A DNA stretch of 64,000 bases from the NCBI GenBank assembly GCA_963776245.1, contig CAVZLN010000009.1, forward strand, positions 64,001 to 128,000. The letters run 5' to 3'. Positions 29,228 to 39,023 of the stretch are shown here, piece by piece. Each line of letters begins with the position of its first letter. Within the stretch, counting starts at the first letter, position 1. The notes beneath the pieces were generated by a model. That model ran no database searches, was not told the DNA's origin, and saw only the letters and a list, made by a program, of their open reading frames with translations. This DNA is from Candidatus Eiseniibacteriota bacterium. Its GTDB lineage: Bacteria; Eisenbacteria; RBG-16-71-46. Position numbers and translations under genes: made by a program.

Positions 29228-29607
29228 GAGGTCTTTCCCTGTTCGGCCATGGCCTGGTACTTCGACGGACATTTCACCAGCAACTGATCGGCCTCGAAGT
29301 GGTCGCCCTGATACCGCCCGATGGCCACGATCGAGGTCGCCTGGTCGAAGTTGCCCGGCACCGTGCCGCGGTACACCACCTTCAGCACCTCCCGGTTCGA
29401 GTCCTTGAGGTTGAACTCGAGGAACTGCTCGTCCTTCTTGAGGACGTAGTTCTTGTCCGCCAGCACCCCATTGACCTGCACCATCCCCGACGACCGGCGG
29501 GCCTCCGCGAACGAGATGTAGGGGGTCACGGACTTCTTGAAGCTCGTCACGCCGATCGCCACGGCCACGACCAGCAGCGCGATTGCCACGATGGCTTTCG
29601 GGTTCAT
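29224..29607 (-). CDS. ccmE: Heme chaperone CcmE, CxxxY type
   Basis: N-terminal TM anchor, VVYRGTVPGNF, FEADQLLVKCPSKY. Confidence 0.9.
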   Translation of the reverse strand: MNPKAIVAIALLVVAVAIGVTSFKKSVTPYISFAEARRSSGMVQVNGVLADKNYVLKKDEQFLEFNLKDSNREVLKVVYRGTVPGNFDQATSIVAIGRYQGDHFEADQLLVKCPSKYQAMAEQGKTS

Positions 29608-29726
29608 CGTTTCTCCAGGTCCTTGATGCGACGCTCCAGGCGCAGCACATAGAAGAAGAGCAGGCCCCACACCAGCAGGGCGACGAGCAAGACGGCGCTA
29701 TCGTCAGGACTCAGCGGGAATCTCAG
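29604..29726 (-). CDS. ccmD: CcmD-like small membrane protein (40 aa, CTG start)
   Basis: Not in the ORF track: ..AVLLVALLVWGLLFFYVLRLERRIKDLEKR*; AGGAGG 5 nt before CTG; sits between ccmC and ccmE. Confidence 0.75.
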   Translation of the reverse strand: MRFPLSPDDSAVLLVALLVWGLLFFYVLRLERRIKDLEKR

Positions 29727-29745
29727 GGGATCCTCCTTCCGGCCG

Positions 29746-30402
29746 TCAGGCCGAGGCGGCCGACTCCAGGCGCCCGCGCTCGACGCGCCCGAGCCGGACG
29801 CGCAGCGAGAGCAGCCAGAAGAACAGGACGGTGAAGCCCACCAGCATCATCGAGAACGCGAGGGTGATGCGGCGGTCCATGTCCACCTTGCCCTGGGGAT
29901 TGATGATCGGGTCCGGGTGGAGCGTGGCGAGCATGCGCGGCACGACGAAGATGAGGAACGGCACCGAGACGAAGGCCACCGTGGAATACACCGCCGAGAG
30001 CCGCGCGCGCTTGCGCTCGTCATCGAGCGCGCTGCGCAGCGCCAGGTAGGCGCCGTAGATCAGCAGCAGGAAGAAGATCGAGGTCTCGCGCGGGTCCCAG
30101 TTCCAGTAGGCGCCCCACTTCGCCTTGGCCCAGATGGCGCCGCTGACGGTGGCCCCGACGCAGAACAGCAGTCCGAGCTCGGCCGCGCCCGCGGCATGGT
30201 CGTCGTGCCGGAGGTCCTGGGTGCGGAGGTAGGCGATGCTGTGGCCCATCGACCAGGCGAGCGCCACCACGGTGATCCACGCGCACGGGATGTGCAGGTA
30301 GAGCACGCGCGTCGTGTCTCCCAGCACCGGCACCACCGGCGCGAGGAAGGCGGCGATCAGCCAGCCGGAGATCCACAGGAACAGCAACCAACGTGCGAGC
30401 AC
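29746..30402 (-). CDS. ccmC: Heme exporter CcmC
   Basis: YLHIPCAW, WAKAKWGAYWNWDPRET (WWD domain), TLHP; AGGAGG RBS. Confidence 0.92.
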   Translation of the reverse strand: MLARWLLFLWISGWLIAAFLAPVVPVLGDTTRVLYLHIPCAWITVVALAWSMGHSIAYLRTQDLRHDDHAAGAAELGLLFCVGATVSGAIWAKAKWGAYWNWDPRETSIFFLLLIYGAYLALRSALDDERKRARLSAVYSTVAFVSVPFLIFVVPRMLATLHPDPIINPQGKVDMDRRITLAFSMMLVGFTVLFFWLLSLRVRLGRVERGRLESAASA

Positions 30403-30413
30403 GGGGGGTCCTC

Positions 30414-31088
30414 CTAATCGTCCCAGAGGTGATCGTAGAGTAGCAGGCTTACGGCCATCAGCGCGACCGTGTAGGAGGCGAGCAGACGCGCCTCCCCCAT
30501 CGCGGACTGCCCCGCCCACTGGGCCTTGGTCCCGCTCACCGCGGCGGCGAGCACCGGCAGCAGGATCGGGAACGAGGCGCCCGCGAACAGCGCTCCGCGT
30601 CCGCGGGTCTGGGCGATGATGCCGGCCACCAGCGTCGCGGCGGTGGCCAGCGCCAGGCTCCCGAGCACCAGCAGGCCGATGAACACGCCCCAGCGCGGGG
30701 ACGGCGCGCCCATCAGCATCATGTAGAGCGGCACCGTCACCAGTTCGATCACGCCGAGGAACAGGATGTTGAACAGCAGCTTCCCCAGCGCGATCGCGGT
30801 GGGGGACGCGACCAGCCGCAGCAGGGTGTCGGTCTTCCCCTCGACCTCGCGCACGAAGGCGTGGCTGAGCGAGGACAGCGCCGCGAACAGCAGCACCACC
30901 CACAGCAACGCCGACAGCAGATCGGTCCGGTCGGTGAGCCGGCCGACGGTGAAGCTCACCGCGGTGAGGGTGGTGATCGCGAACAGCAGTGCCGCGTTCA
31001 GTCCGTAGCGCGTGCGCCACTCGCTGCGGCACTCCTTACGCAGGACCGCCCAGACCGCGCCCGGCGAGTTCGATGCGCCGTTCGGCAA
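30414..31088 (-). CDS. ccmB: Heme exporter permease CcmB
   Basis: LRKECRSEWRT, FVREVEGKTDTLL, LGKL, FPILLP; six TM segments. Confidence 0.88.
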   Translation of the reverse strand: MPNGASNSPGAVWAVLRKECRSEWRTRYGLNAALLFAITTLTAVSFTVGRLTDRTDLLSALLWVVLLFAALSSLSHAFVREVEGKTDTLLRLVASPTAIALGKLLFNILFLGVIELVTVPLYMMLMGAPSPRWGVFIGLLVLGSLALATAATLVAGIIAQTRGRGALFAGASFPILLPVLAAAVSGTKAQWAGQSAMGEARLLASYTVALMAVSLLLYDHLWDD

Positions 31089-31704
31089 GTCTCCACTCCC
31101 TCTCTTCGTTGGTGGCGATGAGCACCAGCCCGGTGCGGGCGTGCTCGGCGACGAAACGCTCCATGACCTGGCGCCCCTCCTCGTCCATGTGCGCGCCCGG
31201 TTCGTCGAGCAGCAGCACCGGCGGGGCATGGAGCAGCGCGAACGCGAGCCGCAGGCGCTGCTTCATGCCCGACGACAGGGCCGCGACGCGGTCGTGCGCG
31301 CGCCTTTCCAGCCCGACGCGCTCCAGCGCCGCGAACGCCGCCCGGCCCGGGGCCGCCAGCCCGTGCGCCTCGGCGGCGAACGCGAGGTTCTCGTGGCAGG
31401 TGAACTCCGGATAGAACGCGAGCTCGGGCGTCGCCAGGCCGATGTGGCGCCGCCGGTCGGCCGGCGGGATCGCGCGCCCGTCCCGCGTCAGACGCGTCGA
31501 GCCGTCGGTCGGCCGCAGCAGGCCCGAGAGGATGCGCAGCAGGGTGCTCTTGCCCGAGCCGTTCGCGCCCGTCACCGCGACCACGCCCGGGGCCGCGGCC
31601 GTGAACGAGACCGTCTGCAGGCCGCGCCGGCCGGCGTAGCGGTGCGCGAGCCCCTCGCCGGCCAGCGTGACCGCCGCCACCCCGGGCGTCGGGACGGCGC
31701 TCAC
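31036..31704 (-). CDS. ccmA: Heme exporter ATP-binding subunit CcmA
   Basis: GANGSGKST, LSSGMKQR, LLLDEP; first gene of the ccm cluster. Confidence 0.88.
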   Translation of the reverse strand: MSAVPTPGVAAVTLAGEGLAHRYAGRRGLQTVSFTAAAPGVVAVTGANGSGKSTLLRILSGLLRPTDGSTRLTRDGRAIPPADRRRHIGLATPELAFYPEFTCHENLAFAAEAHGLAAPGRAAFAALERVGLERRAHDRVAALSSGMKQRLRLAFALLHAPPVLLLDEPGAHMDEEGRQVMERFVAEHARTGLVLIATNEEREWRLAERRIELAGRGLGGPA

Positions 31705-32726
31705 GCGCCCCCGCCGGTGCGGGCCGCGGCCGGCCGGTCGAGCAGTTCGCCGAGGGCGGGCAGGATGAGCTCGCGCGCTTCCTCCCGCGAACCCCTCAGG
31801 AGCACGCCGGCCGCGTGCGGATGACCGCCGCCGCCGAGCTGCGAGCACACCCGGTCGATGGACACGCGCCCGGTGGAGCGCAGGCTGACCTTCACCTTGC
31901 CCGGTTCGACCTCGGAGAACAGCGCCACCACGTCCACGCCCGCGATGTTGCGCGGCATGTCCACCAGCCCCTCGGTGTCGGCCGCGACCAGCCCATGCCG
32001 CTGGAACTGCGCGGGCGCGGCCTCCAGCACCACGATCCGCCCGTCGCCGGCCATCTGCATCGACGCGAGCACCTCGCCGAAGAAGCGCAGGCGTCCGGCC
32101 GACGCGTGCGCGTGCACGGTGGAGTGCATGCGCTGGGGATCGACTCCGAGGGCGAGCAGCTCCGCGGCCATGTGATGCGCGTGGCTGTCGGTGTTCGAGA
32201 ACCGGAACGACCCGGTGTCGGTCATCAGCGCCACGTAGAGCGCCTCGGCCATCGGCAGCGTGATCGTCCCGGCCGCCTCGCGCACCAGATCGAACACGAT
32301 CTCGCCGGTGGACGACGCCGTGGGCTCGACCACGTTGACCTCGCCGAAGCCGCGCTGGTGGGTGACGTGGTGGTCCACCACCGCGATCGCGATGGGACGG
32401 CGGTCGAGCAGCGGGGCGAGCCGTCCGATGCGCTGGCGATTGCTGGTGTCGAGCACGACGATCGCGTCGCATTCGCCGAAGCGCTGCTCGGCGAGCTCGG
32501 GCTCGAACACCTCGAGCGGCTGCCCGAGGGTGAGGAAGGTGAACGCGGTGGGCACGACCGAATCGTTGAGCACGTGCACCTGCTTGCCGAGCGCGCGCAG
32601 CCATCCCGCGAGCGCCACCTCGCTGCCCAGCCCGTCGCCATCGGGATTGATGTGCGTGGTGAGCAGGAAGCGGGTGTGAGCCGCGACGAACGCGTGGAAC
32701 GCCTGATGGTCCGGCACGCCGATCAC
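31701..32726 (-). CDS. nrnA: DHH/DHHA1 phosphoesterase (NrnA-like)
   Basis: HINPDGDGLGS, VVDHH, TDTGSFRF, SLRS, GGGGHPHAAG. Confidence 0.88.
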   Translation of the reverse strand: MIGVPDHQAFHAFVAAHTRFLLTTHINPDGDGLGSEVALAGWLRALGKQVHVLNDSVVPTAFTFLTLGQPLEVFEPELAEQRFGECDAIVVLDTSNRQRIGRLAPLLDRRPIAIAVVDHHVTHQRGFGEVNVVEPTASSTGEIVFDLVREAAGTITLPMAEALYVALMTDTGSFRFSNTDSHAHHMAAELLALGVDPQRMHSTVHAHASAGRLRFFGEVLASMQMAGDGRIVVLEAAPAQFQRHGLVAADTEGLVDMPRNIAGVDVVALFSEVEPGKVKVSLRSTGRVSIDRVCSQLGGGGHPHAAGVLLRGSREEARELILPALGELLDRPAAARTGGGA

Positions 32727-33334
32727 GCCGCCCCCCGCGCCCGGCTCCCGGCGTCGTCGAGCAGCCCGGCGACGGTCGCGAGGAACCAGCGATGGAAGCG
32801 CAGGTCGCGGGTCAGCTCGGGATGGAAGGTGAGCCCCACCACGCGGCCCTGGCGCACGCCCACCGGTTCGCCCTGGTGGGTCGCCACCACCTCCACCCCC
32901 GCGCCGACGTGGCGGATACGCGGCGCGCGGATGAACACCCCGTCGAATGGCCCGCCCAGCGCGGGCGCCTCGACCCGGTCGCTGAACGATTCGATCTGGC
33001 GACCGTAGGCATTGCGGTCGACCGTGATGTCGAGCGCGCCGAGCGGCGCGTGAGGCAGGTGGTCGCAGGTGCGCGCCAGCAGGATGACCCCGGCGCAGGT
33101 GCCGAGCGTGGGCTTCTGCCGCACGAAGTCCTCCAGCGGCGCGCGCAGTCCGGTGGAATCGATCAGCCGCAGCATGGTGGAGGACTCGCCCCCCGGGATG
33201 ATCAGGGCATCCAGCGCCTCGAGGTCGCGGGGGAGCGAGACTCGCACCGGCTCGGCGCCGAGCGCCACGAGCGCGGCGCCATGCCGGGCGAAGTCCCCCT
33301 GGAGGCTCAACACGCCGATGCGCGCCTGCGTCAC
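32723..33334 (-). CDS. pdxT: PLP synthase glutaminase subunit
   Basis: GVLSLQGDF, PGGESS, GTCAG, RNAYGRQ, FHPEL. Confidence 0.95.
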   Translation of the reverse strand: MTQARIGVLSLQGDFARHGAALVALGAEPVRVSLPRDLEALDALIIPGGESSTMLRLIDSTGLRAPLEDFVRQKPTLGTCAGVILLARTCDHLPHAPLGALDITVDRNAYGRQIESFSDRVEAPALGGPFDGVFIRAPRIRHVGAGVEVVATHQGEPVGVRQGRVVGLTFHPELTRDLRFHRWFLATVAGLLDDAGSRARGAA

Positions 33335-33335
33335 C

Positions 33336-34301
33336 CTACCAGCCTCGCGCCGCGAGCAACTGCTCGTCCGGGATGGTCTCGAGCGAGATCCCCTTCATCG
33401 CCTGCGGGAGGCCCGTGCTGATCTCGGCCAGCACCTCGGGGCGATGGAAGTTGGCGACCGCCTTCACCATCGCCTTCGCCATGCGCAGCTGTTCGGCACG
33501 TGTCGCCGACCGGCTGGCCTCCGCGTCGACCTCGCCGGTGGGCCGGCCCTGACCGTCCTTCCGGAAGACGCTGACCTGCAGGTCGAAGATGCCCGAGCCC
33601 ACGAACACCGACTCGGCGCCCAGGTGCATCATCAGCGCCGCGTCGGCCGGGGTGGCCACGCCGCCCGCGGCGAAGTTCGGCACCGGGAGCTTCCCGGTCC
33701 GCGCCACCTGCTGGACGATCTCGAACGGAGCGCCCAGCGCCTTGGCCTCGGCCATGAGCTCGTCCTCGCGCAGCGTGGCGAGTCTCCTCATGTGCTTCTG
33801 CACCGCGCGCATGTGCCGCACCGCCTCCACCACGTTGCCGGTGCCGGCCTCGCCCTTGGTGCGGATCATCGCCGCGCCCTCGCCGATGCGGCGCAGCGCC
33901 TCCCCCAGATCGCGGCAGCCGCACACGAACGGCACCTTGAAGTCGTGCTTCCAGACGTGGTGCTCCTCGTCGGCGGGCGTGAGCACCTCGCTCTCGTCGA
34001 TGAAGTCGATCTCGAGCGCCTCGAGGATCTGCGCCTCGACAAAATGACCGATGCGCACCTTGGCCATCACCGGGATCTGGACCGCGCCCTGGATCTCGCG
34101 GATCAACTGCGGGTCGGACATGCGCGCCACGCCGCCCTCGCGGCGGATCCTCGAGGGGATGCGCTCGAGCGCCATCACGGCCGCGGCGCCGGCCTCCTCG
34201 GCGATGCGCGCCTGATCGGCGGTCATCACATCCATGATGACTCCGCCCTTCAGCATCTCGGCGAGGCCCACTTTGAGCCGGAACTGTTCCTGCGGGTCCA
34301 C
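33336..34301 (-). CDS. pdxS: PLP synthase lyase subunit
   Basis: [45 protein letters not shown]. Confidence 0.96.
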   Translation of the reverse strand: MDPQEQFRLKVGLAEMLKGGVIMDVMTADQARIAEEAGAAAVMALERIPSRIRREGGVARMSDPQLIREIQGAVQIPVMAKVRIGHFVEAQILEALEIDFIDESEVLTPADEEHHVWKHDFKVPFVCGCRDLGEALRRIGEGAAMIRTKGEAGTGNVVEAVRHMRAVQKHMRRLATLREDELMAEAKALGAPFEIVQQVARTGKLPVPNFAAGGVATPADAALMMHLGAESVFVGSGIFDLQVSVFRKDGQGRPTGEVDAEASRSATRAEQLRMAKAMVKAVANFHRPEVLAEISTGLPQAMKGISLETIPDEQLLAARGW

Positions 34302-34322
34302 GGCGTCCCTCCTTCCGCGCGC

Positions 34323-35495
34323 TCAGGCGCTGTGCGGCACCGCCGGCCGGTCGAGCGCGCGCAGCCGCTCCACCGCGGCCGGCGTGATCTCCAGGATCCG
34401 GTCCACGTCCGCGTCGTCGTTGCCCTCGCCGAGCGAGAAGCGCACGCTCGCGTGAGCATCCTCGGGCCTCAGGCCCATCGCCAGCAAGACGTGCGACGGC
34501 CCGGACGTCCCGGCGCTGCACGCCGAGCCGGTCGAGACCGTCACCCCTTCGCGATCGAGTTCGTGCAGCAGTGCCTCGCCATCGACCCCCGCGAAGCACA
34601 GATTGACGATGCTCTCCAGCCGCGCCGCCGCGGCCCCGTTCACGCTCGCCCCGCGGACCGCGGCGACGAGGCCGGCGCCCAGGCGACGTCCGAGGGATTC
34701 TACCCGCTCGGGCACGCCCGCCGCGAGCCCGCGGGCCGCGCGCTCGGCGGCCACTCCGAATCCCACCAAGGCAGGCAGGTTCTCGGTCCCGGCGCGCCGC
34801 CCGCGCTCCTGGTGGCCACCGTGCACCAGCGGCACCACCTTCCACCGCCGCCGCACCACCAGCGCGGCGGCGCCCAGCGGCCCGCGCAGCTTGTGCGCCG
34901 CGAGCGTGAGCAGATCGGCGCCGGGCGCCAGGCGGTCGAGCGGACGCCGGCCCGCGGCCTGCACCGCGTCCACGTGGAGCCGCGCGCCGCACGAACGCGC
35001 CAGCTCGGCGACCTCGGCGAGCGGCTGCAGCGTGCCCACTTCGTTGTTCACCGCCATCACCGACACCAACGCCACGTCGGGGCCGAGCGCGGCGCCCAGC
35101 GCTCCCAGGTCGACGACCCCCGCGCGCGTCACCGGGACGATCGTCACCGGCGTGCCCCGCGACTCCAGATGGCGGGCGATCTCGAGCACCGACGGGTGCT
35201 CGGTCGCGCTCACCACGAGGCGCACGCGCCCGGCGGGCGCCGCGAGCATCGCGCCCTTGATCGCGAGGTTGTTGGCCTCGGAGCCGCTGGCGGTGAACAC
35301 CACCTCTTCGGGGAGCGCGCCCGCCAGCGCAGCCACCTGGGCCCGCGCCCGCTCGACCGCCTCCCGCGCCGCCTCGCCGCGCACGTGCACGGACGAGGCA
35401 TTGCCGAAGCGCTCGCCCAGATAGGGGCGCATCGCCTCGATCACCTCGGGAGCGGGCGGCGTGGTCGCCGCCCAGTCGGCATAGACTTCGCGCAT
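34323..35495 (-). CDS. iscS: Cysteine desulfurase, IscS/NifS type
   Basis: YADWAATT, GNASSVH, NNEVGT, HVDAVQ, AHKLRGP, STGSACS, SHVL. Confidence 0.9.
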   Translation of the reverse strand: MREVYADWAATTPPAPEVIEAMRPYLGERFGNASSVHVRGEAAREAVERARAQVAALAGALPEEVVFTASGSEANNLAIKGAMLAAPAGRVRLVVSATEHPSVLEIARHLESRGTPVTIVPVTRAGVVDLGALGAALGPDVALVSVMAVNNEVGTLQPLAEVAELARSCGARLHVDAVQAAGRRPLDRLAPGADLLTLAAHKLRGPLGAAALVVRRRWKVVPLVHGGHQERGRRAGTENLPALVGFGVAAERAARGLAAGVPERVESLGRRLGAGLVAAVRGASVNGAAAARLESIVNLCFAGVDGEALLHELDREGVTVSTGSACSAGTSGPSHVLLAMGLRPEDAHASVRFSLGEGNDDADVDRILEITPAAVERLRALDRPAVPHSA

Positions 35496-36562
35496 CACGC
35501 TCCCGGAGCGGCCGAGAGGGTCTGGATGGAGACGCGCTGGGCCAGGTGCCCGGCGATGCGGCGCAGCGCCTTCGCGTACTCGGTGTCGGGCTGCTCGGCG
35601 ACCACCGGCCGGCCCCCGTCCCCGCCGATCCGCACCTCGGCATGGAGCGGCACCGCGCCGAGGAACGGCAGGCCCATCGCGAGCGCGCGGGTCTCGGCAT
35701 CGCCGCTCGAGAAGATGTCGTGGCGGGCGTGGCAGTCCGGGCAGACGAAGTACGACATGTTCTCGATCACCCCGAGCACCGGCACCTGGAGCTTCTCGAA
35801 CATGCTCACCGCCTTCACCGCGTCCTCGATGGCCACCATCGAAGGGGTGGTCACGATCACGGCGCCGGCGACGAAGGTCTGCTGGATGAGCGACAGTTGC
35901 ACATCGCCGGTGCCCGGCGGCAGGTCCACGAGCAGGTAATCGAGCTCGCCCCAGTCCACGTCGTGGAGGAACGACTTGATGGCCCCGTGGAGCATGGGAC
36001 CGCGCCACACCACGGCCTCGCCCTGCTCGACCAGCAGCCCCATCGACATGAACTGCACCCCCCACGCCTCGACCGGGACGATCTTGCCGTTGCGCTGCGA
36101 GGGCTGGCGGCGCACCCCGAGCATGCGCGGCAGATTGGGGCCGTAGATGTCGCCGTCGAGCAGGCCGACCTTCGCCCCGCTCATCGCCAGCGACACCGCC
36201 AGGTTCGCCGAGACCGTGGACTTGCCGACTCCCCCCTTGCCGCTGCCGACCGCGACCACGTGCGCCACGCCCTCGAGCGCCTTGCGGTCCGCCGACGGGT
36301 CCTTGGGCTTGCGCATCCGCGAGGTGGTGTGGATGCGCACCTCCCGCACCCCGGGAACCGCCTGGACCGCGGCGCGCGCCTCGGTCTCGATCTGCTCCTT
36401 GAGCGGACACGCCGCCGTGGTGAGCACCACGGTGAACGACACCGCACCGGCCTCGACCGTGAGGTCCTCGATCATGCCGAGGGTCACGAGGTCGCGGTGG
36501 AGGTCGGGATCGTCCACCGTGCGCAGCGCGTTCAGGATGTCTTCCTGGGTCGGGATGGCCAT
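35495..36562 (-). CDS. mrp: Mrp/ApbC/NBP35 Fe-S cluster carrier ATPase
   Basis: DUF59-like N-terminus (TTAACP), GKGGVGKST, WRGPM, DLPPGTGD, ENMSYFVCPDC. Confidence 0.93.
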   Translation of the reverse strand: MAIPTQEDILNALRTVDDPDLHRDLVTLGMIEDLTVEAGAVSFTVVLTTAACPLKEQIETEARAAVQAVPGVREVRIHTTSRMRKPKDPSADRKALEGVAHVVAVGSGKGGVGKSTVSANLAVSLAMSGAKVGLLDGDIYGPNLPRMLGVRRQPSQRNGKIVPVEAWGVQFMSMGLLVEQGEAVVWRGPMLHGAIKSFLHDVDWGELDYLLVDLPPGTGDVQLSLIQQTFVAGAVIVTTPSMVAIEDAVKAVSMFEKLQVPVLGVIENMSYFVCPDCHARHDIFSSGDAETRALAMGLPFLGAVPLHAEVRIGGDGGRPVVAEQPDTEYAKALRRIAGHLAQRVSIQTLSAAPGA

Positions 36563-36739
36563 GGACTCCCCGTGGTGGCAGGCGGACGGATCGAGTCAGC
36601 CCGGCCCGGTCGTGCTGGTGTGTTGGATGCGCCGCGGCGCGGCCGGTGCACGCGGAGGTCCGGTGCGCGTCGGGCATCTTGCCCGGGCCCGCGGGGCGAT
36701 CACCCCTCCGGACCCTAGCCCTCAGCGAGAGAACGGGTT

Positions 36740-36768
36740 AGATTAGCCGCCCTCGCGCGGAAGGTCAA
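36740..36768 (-). promoter_or_regulatory. Putative sigma70 promoter of the mrp-iscS-pdx-ccm run
   Basis: TTGACC-17 nt-TAATCT, about 170 nt before the mrp ATG. Confidence 0.55.
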
Positions 36769-36822
36769 CGCCACGCGGGCCGGGTCGTGGCCTCGTCCCA
36801 CCCCCCCCGCGGGCGCTGGCGC

Positions 36823-38169
36823 TCAGCGCGTGCCGGGGTCGGGCGGGCGCTCGGCCGCGCGCTTCGCCAGCAGTGCCTCCCACGCCTTCATCCGGCGCGC
36901 GATCTCGGCCTCGTGCCCGTGGCTCGTGGGCTCGTAGAACCGCTTGCCCCGCAGCTCGTCGGGCAGGTGCTGCTGGTCGGCGATGCCACCCGCCTCGTCG
37001 TGCGCGTAGCGGTACCCCGCGCCATAGCCCAGGTCCTTCATCAGCCGGGTCGGCGCGTTGCGGATCACCAGCGGCGGCGGCAGCGAGCCGCTCTCCTCGA
37101 CCTCGGCCTGCGCCTTGCCGAGCCCGACGTACACCGCGTTGCTCTTCGCGGCGGTGGCGAGGTAGACGCAGCACTGCGCGAGCGCCAGTTCGCCCTCGGG
37201 GCTGCCGAGCTGGTGGTAGGCCTGGAACGCCGCCACCGCCAGCGGCAGCGCCTGCGGGTCGGCGTTGCCCACGTCCTCGCTGGCGAAGCGCACCAGCCGG
37301 CGCGCGATGTAGAGCGGGTCCTCGCCCGCCGCCATCATGCGCGCCAGCCAGTAGAGCCCGGCGTGCGGGTCGGAGTCGCGCAGCGACTTGTGGAGCGCCG
37401 AGATCAGGTTGTAGTGCTCTTCGCCCGCGCGGTCGTAGCGCAGGTGGCGCTTCGCCAGCGCCTGCCGCGCGCTCGTGAGCGTGATGCGCCCCTCTTCCGC
37501 GGCGGCCGCCGCCAGCTCGAGCGCCCCGAGCGCCCGCCGCGCGTCGCCGTCGGCGGCGGCGGCGAGCAGGTCGAGCGCGTCCGCGTCGGCCGCGACCGCG
37601 GTCCCCAGCCCGCGCTCGCGGTCGGCGATCGCCCGCTCGAGCAGCACCCGCAGGGCGGGCGGCGCGAGCTCCTTCAGCACCACCACGCGCGCGCGCGAGA
37701 GCAGCGCGGCGTTCACCTCGAATGACGGGTTCTCGGTGGTGGCGCCGATGAGCACGATGTCGCCCTTCTCGACGTGCGACAGGAAGGCGTCCTGCTGCGC
37801 CCGGTTGAAGCGGTGGATCTCGTCCACGAACAGCAGCGTCGGCCGGCCCGAGCGGCGCCGTTCGAGGGCGGCGCGCTCCATGGTCTCGCGCACCTCCTTC
37901 ACCCCCGAGAGCACCGCGCTGAACTGGACGAACGGCACCGCGGCGGCGCTCGCCAGCAGGCGCGCGATGGTGGTCTTGCCGGTGCCGGGCGGGCCCCACA
38001 GCACGATCGAAGAGAGATGCCGGCCGTCGCGCATGAGCGCGAGCGGCGTGCCGGGCGCGAACAGGTGTTCCTGTCCGACCAACTCATCGAAGTCCCGCGG
38101 GCGCATGCGGTCGGCGAGCGGTCCGCGGGCCGCGGACTCCGGCGCCTCGCCGAACAGGTCGCTGGTCAT
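36823..38169 (-). CDS. rarA: Replication-associated recombination protein A (MgsA)
   Basis: PLADRMRP, WGPPGTGKTT, VDEIHRFN, GATTENPSF, SEDVGNADP, KSNAVY. Confidence 0.95.
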   Translation of the reverse strand: MTSDLFGEAPESAARGPLADRMRPRDFDELVGQEHLFAPGTPLALMRDGRHLSSIVLWGPPGTGKTTIARLLASAAAVPFVQFSAVLSGVKEVRETMERAALERRRSGRPTLLFVDEIHRFNRAQQDAFLSHVEKGDIVLIGATTENPSFEVNAALLSRARVVVLKELAPPALRVLLERAIADRERGLGTAVAADADALDLLAAAADGDARRALGALELAAAAAEEGRITLTSARQALAKRHLRYDRAGEEHYNLISALHKSLRDSDPHAGLYWLARMMAAGEDPLYIARRLVRFASEDVGNADPQALPLAVAAFQAYHQLGSPEGELALAQCCVYLATAAKSNAVYVGLGKAQAEVEESGSLPPPLVIRNAPTRLMKDLGYGAGYRYAHDEAGGIADQQHLPDELRGKRFYEPTSHGHEAEIARRMKAWEALLAKRAAERPPDPGTR

Positions 38170-39023
38170 TGGGCATCCGGTCCCGGCGGCGGCGCCAGCC
38201 CGCGGGCGAGCGCGTCGACCGCCGCGTCCACCGAGATCGGCCGGCCGAGGGCGAGCCCGCGCTCCTCGAGCCGCTGGAACAGGTCGGCGAGCACCGGCGG
38301 CTCGATGTTGCTGCGCCGCAGCAGACCGGGGTCGCGGAAGATGGTCTCGGGCGAGCCCTGCGCCACGATCTCTCCGCCGAACAGCAGCACGTACACCTGG
38401 TCCGCCATCGCCGGCACCACGTTGACGTCGTGGGTGGCCATCACCAGCGACACTCCGCGCTCGCGATGCAGCCGGTTGAGCACCTCCACCAGGTCGGTGC
38501 GCGAGGCGGGGTCGAGCCCCTCGAACGGCTCGTCGAGCACCAGCAGCTCGGGCTTGAGCACCAGCGCTCCGGCGAGCGCCACCTTGCGCTTCTCCCCACC
38601 CGAGAGGTGGTGGCAGACCTTGTGCTGGAGGTGGGCGATGCCCACCATCTCGAGCGCATCGCTCACCAGGCGCTCGACCTCGGCCTCCGGATGGCCGTAC
38701 GAGCGTGGCGAGAACGACACGTCGTCCCACACCGTGGGCGCCAGGATCTGTTCCTCGACGTTCTGCAGCAGCACCCCGACCCGCTCGCGGATCCGGTCGA
38801 AGTGGCGCGCCGGGTTCACCCCGAACACCGAGACCTCGCCCTCGGCGGGCTCGAGCAGGCCGAGGATGTGGAACAGCAGCGTGGTCTTGCCGCAACCGTT
38901 GGGGCCGAGGATGACCACGCGCTGCGACGGGGCGACCACGAAATCGAGCCCGCACAGGTGCACCTGGGTGCGATCGGGATAGACGTGGCGCACGCACGAG
39001 ATGCGGACGATGGGCTCGCTCAT
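38166..39023 (-). CDS. cbiO: ECF transporter ATPase, Co/Ni type
   Basis: GPNGCGKTT, LSGGEKRKVALAG, LDEP, ATHD. Confidence 0.85.
   Translation of the reverse strand: MSEPIVRISCVRHVYPDRTQVHLCGLDFVVAPSQRVVILGPNGCGKTTLLFHILGLLEPAEGEVSVFGVNPARHFDRIRERVGVLLQNVEEQILAPTVWDDVSFSPRSYGHPEAEVERLVSDALEMVGIAHLQHKVCHHLSGGEKRKVALAGALVLKPELLVLDEPFEGLDPASRTDLVEVLNRLHRERGVSLVMATHDVNVVPAMADQVYVLLFGGEIVAQGSPETIFRDPGLLRRSNIEPPVLADLFQRLEERGLALGRPISVDAAVDALARGLAPPPGPDAQ

Noticed and set aside
26723..35939. Long plus-strand ORFs 26723-29287 and 33069-35939
   Set aside because: Antisense to ccmF and pdxS/iscS; no recognisable domains.
36701..36715. 15-mer GGGTCCGGAGGGGTG shared with 18278-18292 on the opposite strand
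   Set aside because: No flanking similarity and a different pairing context; plausible by chance in GC-rich DNA.
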